From a virus (lineage: Duplodnaviria > Caudoviricetes), in IMG/VR virus record IMGVR_UViG_3300029955_000001: a DNA stretch of 64,000 bases; one strand, written 5' to 3'. Both the position numbers and the translations under genes were made by a program. The notes under the pieces are model-generated. The model did not search any database, was not told the origin of the DNA, and was given only the letters and a program-made list of their open reading frames with translations. Shown piece by piece: positions 57,501 to 64,000 of the stretch (the first letter of the stretch is position 1; the number at the start of each line of letters is the position of its first letter).

Positions 57501-57627
57501 TTATCAAGCAGTTATTATTGAAGATGCTGGTGCTAATTTTAGTATCGCTAAACGGTTAGTAGCACAAGCTGACAATAGTCTTATTGTTGAAGAAGCGGTT
57601 ACGATTAACTTCATACCGTTGAATTAA
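54574..57627 (+). CDS. phiKZ gp87-like baseplate wedge protein
   Basis: 1017 aa; NP..IQ..VL, DPTSPF...LE.SA, LY.HMSD.DY.NRFA.PA, GG.N...F..LR..VI. Confidence 0.75.
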   Translation: MTASTIVIPASAQSITASTAGIPESTVINASTNNTASVPGSVNNSAATSAITSSVSTLLSNVTRYMYNPAGIQQSVLAVLDQVTNGTMNIVDPTSPFLYSLESSAVLTAGFMQENAANTRKLYPMAAQTPSDLYTHMSDLDYLNRFAVPATASFFIILPLAQLLSKMVTDPATGINMVVIPRNSYFTVADTTFSIQYPIQIRQMQHGGISVVYDTTITSPMQQLDTNVIPYELLTNNDGTEWIRLQFETYQFDIISQTGSLDASTDFSIDISFTDQYYFCRVYTQNLTTGLYTEIVTTHTDQIYDPTIPTAVLTVTAKSINVTIPQIYTSTSLLNSGIRIDVYETKGILNMILWEYPIGSCVGTWEAYDPNDQTIFTAPLPTLTTVVIYSDDAVSGGKNAMTFTQLRQQVITNAIGAPSLPITNTQIETALAVAGYTIVKNVDSITNRIYLATRPMPTPINTALLTAASASIETVSIVISAIATNTAIIDNGTSITLTPNVIYQNNNGIVTVVPSSQVAALQALSPSSLAVAVSSGNFLYTPFHYVLDMANNEFNMRPYYLDDPVINTKLFVAENDSTLIQVGTQAYSISRTNTGFSIQIVTQSTSVYQSLPDNEVYAQLSFTPEGETANAFINGVQTGTTSAGERIYTFDLSTNFYLDINNNIGLTKFFMFTDQSIVVYAGLNTIFNVLYATTSVMGSQWSSDSVDTNIGKFLLPNNAVGITQEQLNVTFGYALTTLWAEARSVVSSEQYETYTANVPWTYQADVYTTDNNGSSINIVNGQVVYNILHHAGDPVLETNGTPSYQHLAGDTVLDSNGNPVITNARGMMRMIDLMMIEGAYWFATDSVSTGYRTDLTRTVVGWLTEDLVVLSTDLLENTELLFYPATSLGQINVNVGNSVIVTLEAGQVFVVNLFVPNTTLNNLALRANIETTTIQVISAALTATTISIDQIVTSLRAQYGTDVTSVQLSGFGGSLNYQAVIIEDAGANFSIAKRLVAQADNSLIVEEAVTINFIPLN

Positions 57628-57644
57628 CAAAAAAAATAGGTAGC

Positions 57645-57670
57645 TACCAGAGGGAGTAATCCCTCTGGTA
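57645..57670 (+). terminator. Terminator between convergent genes (11-bp stem, GTAA loop)
   Basis: TACCAGAGGGA-gtaa-TCCCTCTGGTA followed by TATGCCG. Confidence 0.8.
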
Positions 57671-57677
57671 TATGCCG

Positions 57678-57926
57678 TTAACCCACGAACGGATGTTCGT
57701 TTAACAGCTTTACAATGTGCTCAGCTATCAACTTCGCCTGAATCTTACGACCTGGTTCAGTCTTCGCCATTGTTTGTGCATTAATGACTTGAACATGAAA
57801 CATGACGTCGTTTTGAAGCTCCGGCTTGTATTGCTTTGTTTCTGGGTCTCGCTTATAGCTACCGGTTTCTGCTAAACGATAAACCAGGTTGTCTTCTGTT
57901 TGCCACACACCTGTTTGCTCGATCAT
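57678..57926 (-). CDS. Small accessory protein
   Basis: 82 aa; NLVYRL.ET. Confidence 0.6.
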   Translation of the reverse strand: MIEQTGVWQTEDNLVYRLAETGSYKRDPETKQYKPELQNDVMFHVQVINAQTMAKTEPGRKIQAKLIAEHIVKLLNEHPFVG

Positions 57927-57964
57927 GGTAATTCTACTTTATTTCAATGAGTTGTGAATTTTTT

Positions 57965-58216
57965 CTAACCGGGTGTTAATGTTGCCAGTTGTTTTATAAA
58001 TGCTCTACCTTTATCAGTGATAGAAACAAAACTGACGTCATGCGCAATCATATTGCCGCTAGGGATGTCCTTCTTATGGACTTCCATTAGACCGAGTTCA
58101 TGCAGTTTGCGCACAGCGGTTTCTTCAGCCACGCCATAATGGCACGACTGCATTTCTTTACGACCTTTCAACCACATCTCATTTAAGAGAAGTGTTAGAA
58201 TCAAATTCTTATCCAT
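57965..58216 (-). CDS. Small winged-helix-like accessory protein
   Basis: AVRKLHELGLM.V...SITDKGRAFI wHTH-like pattern; GGAG SD. Confidence 0.55.
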   Translation of the reverse strand: MDKNLILTLLLNEMWLKGRKEMQSCHYGVAEETAVRKLHELGLMEVHKKDIPSGNMIAHDVSFVSITDKGRAFIKQLATLTPG

Positions 58217-58249
58217 GTTGTTTCTCCCAATAGTTACAAAGTATTACTG

Positions 58250-58289
58250 AATCTCACATACAGTATATATGTCTGAAATATTCTAGAAT
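58250..58289 (-). promoter_or_regulatory. 40-nt repeated promoter-like element
   Basis: AATCTCAC-ata-CAGTATATATGTCTGAAATATTCT-agaat; matches 26717-26756. Confidence 0.65.
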
Positions 58290-58308
58290 ACAACTTTTTA
58301 CGGCATAA

Positions 58309-58340
58309 ACCCTATAACCTCTACGATGAGATTATAGGGT
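58309..58340 (-). terminator. Terminator hairpin
   Basis: ACCCTATAA..CTC...GAG.TTATAGGGT; minus-strand tail TTTATGCCG. Confidence 0.65.
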
Positions 58341-58347
58341 AAATGTT

Positions 58348-59178
58348 TTATCTCAAACCTTTTTTCTCTAACACTTTCATACTCTTATCAGGATCAATCT
58401 GAAACAAAGCATCGTATTTCTTGTAGAGCTTAATGACATCTTTCAATGCGGTGGTCACATATTTTTCATGTACTTTAGCAATAGATTTACAATAACCAAA
58501 TGCTGCTGTAGAAATACCAGCCATCTGCATACGGTATTGTTCATTATCCTGCAAATCAATATTATTTGCAGCTGTTGATTTCGCTTTTGCATCAGCTTTC
58601 TTTTCGGCTTCATCAGCTTTGTCAATCGCTTCACTCAGTAGGCAAATAACATTTTTTGTTATTTCTTCTAATGAAGCACTGTAACGAGTAGCTGACGGCA
58701 CTTCACTATAAAAGCCTAATGGGACACCGCCAAATCCAGGAGCAATACGTTCTGCTTCCATTGCTAGTTTCTTACACATCCCACCAGTCTTAGCAATATC
58801 GTTTACAAGATAAGTAAAATCAACAATACGGTTTTCTAACGAGGTGAAGTAACCGTTGTCATAAATAGCCTTATCGTCAACAGGTTTGAATAGAACAGTC
58901 TCAACGACTTCATCATCTAGTTCGTAACCTTCATTCAGACCACCTAACCCAGATAACTTTTGCTGATCTTCTAACTCTAGTTCCATTGGCGTTGCTTCTG
59001 TTGCAATTGCTTGCGGCTTGCCATTCACCATTTTGGTAAGTTCCGTTCCTGTATCTGCTGTTTCTTCTATACCCGCATCAGGTCCCGTTATCTTCGCACC
59101 AATGCTTTTATCAACAGAATTAAACTTAATGTAAATTCCATTAACAAGTTTTACATCGCTATACATGACGTTAAGCAT
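58348..59178 (-). CDS. Processed internal head protein (phiKZ gp85/86-like family)
   Basis: GGMCKKLAMEA....P.FGG.P.GFYS..PSATRY.ASLEE motif. Confidence 0.65.
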   Translation of the reverse strand: MLNVMYSDVKLVNGIYIKFNSVDKSIGAKITGPDAGIEETADTGTELTKMVNGKPQAIATEATPMELELEDQQKLSGLGGLNEGYELDDEVVETVLFKPVDDKAIYDNGYFTSLENRIVDFTYLVNDIAKTGGMCKKLAMEAERIAPGFGGVPLGFYSEVPSATRYSASLEEITKNVICLLSEAIDKADEAEKKADAKAKSTAANNIDLQDNEQYRMQMAGISTAAFGYCKSIAKVHEKYVTTALKDVIKLYKKYDALFQIDPDKSMKVLEKKGLR

Positions 59179-59179
59179 A

Positions 59180-59629
59180 TTAACCTCTTAATGCAATAAT
59201 GGCGTCCATTGCGCTACTAGCCAGAATAAGTATTTCTTCTTTATTTTCATTCAAGAAGTTATATTGTTCTGGAGACACAAATACTTCCACACTAGACACA
59301 CTGTCAAAGAAGCTATACGAGAGCGTATAACATGGACGGCTAGTAGGATGTGCGGCTGTATACCGAATCATCCAAAACGCTCTAGCAAACTCTACAGCAG
59401 CCTTACAATCGAATACAGTGTTCTCGTTAAATAGAGAAATAGTCGTACGTACTTCAGGAAGAATAATTGAATTAAAATGATTAGCGGGGCTTTCTACTTC
59501 TGTTGAAGGGATCGCAGATAAATACGAAGCACCTTGACCAATAGCAGCAGCAAGTATTTTTGAACGTAGTGAGGAATCTCGAATCGTACTGTCGACTGTA
59601 CGGGAAAACTCAGTAAATATAATATTCAT
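59180..59629 (-). CDS. Conserved phiKZ-like protein
   Basis: FN..ILP.VR..I..FNE..VF, AVEFARAFW..RY. Confidence 0.65.
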   Translation of the reverse strand: MNIIFTEFSRTVDSTIRDSSLRSKILAAAIGQGASYLSAIPSTEVESPANHFNSIILPEVRTTISLFNENTVFDCKAAVEFARAFWMIRYTAAHPTSRPCYTLSYSFFDSVSSVEVFVSPEQYNFLNENKEEILILASSAMDAIIALRG

Positions 59630-59662
59630 TTTTTATCCTGATAAATTTAAAGTGTGTTCGTG

Positions 59663-60949
59663 TTATTTACTTAGTTGACGGAGTTCAGCCGCTTTAACGT
59701 AAAGATCGCTAACAGCTATTGCTTCTAATTCATTTTGTAACATGACTGTGTTTCTATAGTTACGAGAAGTTGGATTGACAAAATCACTTAATACACCAAA
59801 CCACTGACGTTTACTATTCACTGTTTTAAGAACAGCATCGATAGCGTCTAAATCAGCTAACATACGTTCACTGTCACCAGGTAATAGTGATTTATCTTTC
59901 AATCCATATACAATCTGATTACGTATTTTCTTGAAACGTATATCGACTGTGTCGTAGATATAACCAGTTGTCACGGCTAATGAATCCGCTCCAATCATTG
60001 ACATAGCAATAATTAAAGTAAGGCCAAGTGTAAAGGGAGCAGCTGCAATCAATGCTACTTTTAAAGCTTCCATCCACAGATACGCTGGCGTAGAACGGAA
60101 AGATATATGACCGGAGCCTTCATAAAGTTTACTTAATCCAGTAACCGCATAACGCCCAGCACCATTACGTGCGGCGTATTGATCCGCTAGCATTTCACAT
60201 GTAGTCATGTCGTAAACATTACTACCTAGTTCAGAAACAGTTTCTTTAACTACGTTTGTAATAACAACAATTTCTGCTATTTTAGTATTATTTTTAACAG
60301 CTAGTTCTTTTTCATCAAGATCAGATAAATGTAATGCTTTCTTTACTGATAGTAAAACAGCTTCACGTTGATCGCTGCCAACAGAACCATCTAGAGCCTT
60401 ACTCATTTCAGCTAAGACTTGGTTTGTTGTAACACTTCGTGTCATGAATTCAAAATAAGTAAATACATGACCAAGTTCATGTAAAAGAATAGCAGCGCTT
60501 TCCTCTGGGTCGTATTTCTTTGAACGAAGTAATTCTAAAGGGTAATAGACATCTGAAACATAGTCTGTCCATACGCCAGTAACTTTACCAGTCTTAATAT
60601 TTACTGTTCCTTTTACAATACCACCAGCATCCTCAATACGGCGTTTTCCATCTGCACTGGAAAGATAGTCTTTGTAGAAAGATGTAATTAGAATATTGTT
60701 TTTATCTGTATCCGGAACATTAACACATGGTCCGATCATGCCAATGACTAAGTTTATTGTTAAGCCTGTGTAATGTTTAACAATCTTACTAATTAGCGTA
60801 TCTGCTTCTTGAGTTTCAAGTTCCTTATCGCTCATATCGCGAAGATGCTTAAAACATGCTGTGAGTTCTTCAAAGAAACGAGTGCTCTGAAAATTAATAG
60901 ATTCTGTTGCAATTTCTTCATTAACTAATTTAACTTGTGCGCGACGCAT
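59663..60949 (-). CDS. Head protein with a zincin HExxH motif (phiKZ gp84-like by synteny)
   Basis: ATE site near the N-terminus; AAILLHELGHVF and EMLADQYA (third ligand); hydrophobic hairpin near the C-terminus. Confidence 0.7.
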   Translation of the reverse strand: MRRAQVKLVNEEIATESINFQSTRFFEELTACFKHLRDMSDKELETQEADTLISKIVKHYTGLTINLVIGMIGPCVNVPDTDKNNILITSFYKDYLSSADGKRRIEDAGGIVKGTVNIKTGKVTGVWTDYVSDVYYPLELLRSKKYDPEESAAILLHELGHVFTYFEFMTRSVTTNQVLAEMSKALDGSVGSDQREAVLLSVKKALHLSDLDEKELAVKNNTKIAEIVVITNVVKETVSELGSNVYDMTTCEMLADQYAARNGAGRYAVTGLSKLYEGSGHISFRSTPAYLWMEALKVALIAAAPFTLGLTLIIAMSMIGADSLAVTTGYIYDTVDIRFKKIRNQIVYGLKDKSLLPGDSERMLADLDAIDAVLKTVNSKRQWFGVLSDFVNPTSRNYRNTVMLQNELEAIAVSDLYVKAAELRQLSK

Positions 60950-61042
60950 AATGAAATCCTTTTTTTATCTACTGCGTTAATTTTTTGATGAACACCACAA
61001 TAAGAAGATAAAATATAGCGTGTTTAATCATAAAGATTATGC

Positions 61043-62527
61043 TTGATTCTAAATTACAACAATGGACACTTTATGGCTGATAAGAAGGTGATAGGTAGGG
61101 AATGTAAGTTCGTAGTATATATCCCGCCTCCAAATGATAGAAGTGTAGATAAACACTGTATTAAAGAAGTGGTTCATTATGATGACGGAACAACAGAACC
61201 CACCATTCGTATTATTGACAATTACAAACGTGATTTTTACATAACTAAAAAAGGATTTCAAAAACACAACGATAAGAAGGAATGGGATGAACTTGATCGG
61301 ATGAATAAATATCAATCAAGAGAATGTGATTTAATGAAAAATGTTTGTAGAGCAATTGACTTTCCAAACTTTAAAGGTAACATGAAAAAACTGTGTCGTA
61401 ATCCTTATATTTACGGCACTGATATTCTCTCTACAGCGATTATCAAACATTCGTATATGGAGAAGTATCCAGAATGCATAACGCCTTACACTGAATGCAC
61501 GTACGACATTGAAACAGACATGATAGAAGGTCATAAACACATCATCATGGCCACGGTTTCATTTGGGAAGAGAGTATTCACAGCTGTTCATAAAGAGTTC
61601 ATTGGCGACCGTATGGACGTCATTAAACGACTACATGAAAAGCTACATAAATATCTTGGTAGGTTCATAGAAGAACGCCAAATTGAATGGGAAGTAAAAC
61701 TTGTTGATACAGAAGGTGAAGTGGTAACTGAGTGTTTTAAGAAAATACATGAATGGAGACCAGACTTCCTTGCTATCTGGAACATGAACTTTGACATACC
61801 ACAAACACTAGAAGCATTAAAGAGAGCTAACATACGCCCTGAAGATGTATTCTCCGACCCTAGTATACCTTTCGCCTATCGTTTCTTTAATTATAAAGAA
61901 GGTGATGATGTTAAGCATAACTCTGACGGCACTACTAAACCATTAGGTTTTGCTGAGCGTTGGCATAGTGTGTTTTGCCCTAGTAGCTTCTATGTCATTG
62001 ACCCGATGTGTGTGTATCGTCAATTACGTAACGGTAGCCAAGAAGAATCTTCTTATGCACTAGATGCTATCTTAGATAAAGAATTTGCAGACAAACCAGA
62101 TATTCGTAAACTGAAATTCAAAGAAGCAGAAGGTTTTGAAAAAGGTGAATGGCATTCATTAATGCAAGCAAATTATAAATTGGAATATGTTATCTATAAC
62201 GTATTTGACTGTGTGTCAATGGAAATCTTAGATGAAAAGATTAACGACATACGCAGTGGTTTCCCGATGCAATGTGAATGGTCTGATTTTAAAACATTCA
62301 AGTCTCAACCTAAACGTTTAGCTGATCTATTACACTTCTTTGCTTTGAAAAGAGGTAAAGTAATGGCTTCTGTTTCTGATCAAATGACAAATGAATTAGA
62401 TCTAGAAACGACAAGTATACGCGGGTGGATAACGACATTACCTGCACATTTAGTAGTAGAGAATGGTTTACGTTGTATTATTGAGAACCAATGGGTAAAC
62501 ACAAATATTAGGGTTCATGTAGCTGAT
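61043..62527 (+). CDS. Family B DNA polymerase subunit (phiKZ gp82-like), exon 1: 3'-5' exonuclease up to the start of motif A
   Basis: ExoI YDIETD, ExoII WNMNFDIP, ExoIII YNVFDC; ends ...RVHVAD at the expected D of the DxxSxYP motif A; likely start at ATG 61073. Confidence 0.88.
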
Positions 62528-64000
62528 TAACAAAGATTAATAAAGTACCACCATTATATGTAGTTAACAACATATTTGGAGGTTCTGTGTTTAAAGAAGA
62601 ACAATATTTACCATACAGCAATGCTAGGTATACAGTAAATCAATATGGGAATGTGTTTGAAAGTTACGGAACACAACTTCAAACATATGAAATAGATAAT
62701 CGAGTTTATGTAGATATTGACTGGATAGAAGGAAAGAAAGCATATCCAGTGGCATTATTAGTTTTAGCTAGTTTCGACATGTTGTATATGTTTCCATCTC
62801 ATCTTTATTCAAAAGTAGAATTAATGTTTAAAGATGGAATAGAAAAGAATCTTAGTCCTTCTAATTTAGTCTATCGTTTTAAAGATGGACCTATTGAAGT
62901 TGAAGGATATCCTGGATTTTATTACATACCGTTTTATACCGGTTACGCTATTAATATCAATGGTGATTTAATTAATATTAATAGAGGTAAAATTTTAACT
63001 TGGTATAGCCAAAAAAGTAATGGTATTAATAATCGAAAAGGTGGATACTTATACCACACTAAAGTTAAAAATGGAAAAACTAGTATTTTACTTAAACATC
63101 GCGCTATGTGTTTTGTTTTTAAAATATATAACAGTAATGTAAAAGAAATTACAGTTAATCATAGGGATTGCGATCCTACTAATAACAAACTCGATAATCT
63201 AGAATGGTCTACCTATAGTGAGAATAACATTCACGCTATAGAAAATGGTCTTAGGGCTAGTAGATCTCGTGCTGTATTAATGCGTAATCTAAAAACAGGT
63301 GAGATAAAAAGATACCCTACAATCACACAATGTTCACGTGATATAGGGCAACCACATACTGGTCTAGTCAGACATAGATTAGACAGTGAACATTCTATTA
63401 ATAGAGTGTACCCTGACTTCTTACAGTTTAAATACGACGACGGTGTAGCTTGGCCAGAGATCGATTTAAATAAAGTAAAGATTACGTATAGTACTGATAG
63501 TACTGATATCATTGCTAGAAATGTTTTCACTGGCGAATGTATTATTTTTACCGGAGCACAAAATGGTAAAAAATCCACCGGTGTAGAACCTTCACAAATT
63601 TCCCGACATTTACGTGATAATTGTCAAATACCTATAATCGGCTGGAATTTTCAATATTTAAAATGTTTAGGTCCATGGCCAAACCATACCCATAGGCATT
63701 TACAAATATATGAAAAACATCCATTACATCCAAGAAATGGTCTTATATTAACCAAAATCGATACAGGTGAAGAAATGTTCTTTACTAGTGTAAGAGAAGG
63801 TTCTGAAGCTCTTGGAATTGATATGCGTAATTTACAAGTAGCGGCTTCCAAGGGTGGGAAATATGGTAAGTACATTCTTAAAACTTTTAAACTTGAAGAA
63901 AATCTAGGTCAGCCTATAGAGTAATCTATAGAAAAATAATCATCTAATTGCTGGAACCTCTCGTAAGACTAATCAACTAAAGCGGATAGTGAAAACTAAT
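62528..64000 (+). mobile_element. Group I intron (5' part), homing endonuclease in L1
   Basis: Exon end GCTGAT (62522-62527) pairs with GTCAGC (63908-63913) with a U-G wobble at the splice site; P2 CTATAGA-GTAA-TCTATAG (63914-63931); conserved P element AATTGCTGGAAC (63946-63957). Confidence 0.85.
62587..63924 (+). CDS. Intron-encoded HNH homing endonuclease with repeated DNA-binding modules
   Basis: TVNHRDCDPTNNKLDNLEWSTYSENNIHA (HNH_3 type); two N-terminal NUMOD4-like repeats; C-terminal NUMOD1/IENR1-like repeats; GGAGG SD before GTG. Confidence 0.92.
   Translation: MFKEEQYLPYSNARYTVNQYGNVFESYGTQLQTYEIDNRVYVDIDWIEGKKAYPVALLVLASFDMLYMFPSHLYSKVELMFKDGIEKNLSPSNLVYRFKDGPIEVEGYPGFYYIPFYTGYAININGDLININRGKILTWYSQKSNGINNRKGGYLYHTKVKNGKTSILLKHRAMCFVFKIYNSNVKEITVNHRDCDPTNNKLDNLEWSTYSENNIHAIENGLRASRSRAVLMRNLKTGEIKRYPTITQCSRDIGQPHTGLVRHRLDSEHSINRVYPDFLQFKYDDGVAWPEIDLNKVKITYSTDSTDIIARNVFTGECIIFTGAQNGKKSTGVEPSQISRHLRDNCQIPIIGWNFQYLKCLGPWPNHTHRHLQIYEKHPLHPRNGLILTKIDTGEEMFFTSVREGSEALGIDMRNLQVAASKGGKYGKYILKTFKLEENLGQPIE

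Noticed and set aside
1-64000. tRNA or rRNA genes
   Set aside because: No cloverleaf or T-loop (GTTCRA) context found in the short intergenic gaps by eye; tRNAscan-SE would be needed to exclude them fully

Overview
This window is AT-rich, densely coding DNA from a phiKZ-like jumbo myophage (Chimalliviridae-type). The host is probably a Betaproteobacterium, inferred from the ...ALEDEF... signature of the phage ACP. Homology calls come from motif recognition and recalled synteny, not from database searches. Layout: (1) 1-17 kb is a minus-strand accessory/early region with a Nudix hydrolase, a truncated IscB derivative, a Pol-beta nucleotidyltransferase, a His-phosphatase, a degenerate HNH, a canonical ACP plus a Ser->Tyr pseudo-ACP, thyA, tmk and a tail-tube-like paralog. 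(2) 17-28 kb holds cell-envelope genes (porin + periplasmic-binding protein + membrane coiled-coil operon, a second beta-barrel, a permuted papain amidase, a GT9 heptosyltransferase-like gene) around a tail-tip/receptor-binding module. (3) 28-37.6 kb is a cluster of repetitive fibre genes. (4) 38-61 kb is the conserved phiKZ-type baseplate/head/ejection-protein block, with A/S-x-E protease sites. (5) 61-64 kb is the exonuclease-containing subunit of the split family B DNA polymerase, interrupted at motif A by a group I intron whose HNH endonuclease sits in the P1 loop; the intron continues past the window edge. Several genes are broken at short homopolymers (about 4637, 5792, 6450, 26265, 27085, 29215, 29926). 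Part of this is probably sequencing indel error, so every frameshift claim is provisional. The best candidates for undescribed biology are the trans-envelope porin/PBP operon, the ACP/pseudo-ACP pair (possibly part of a wider envelope-remodelling toolkit), the G10 tract in a fibre gene, and the guide-less IscB derivative.
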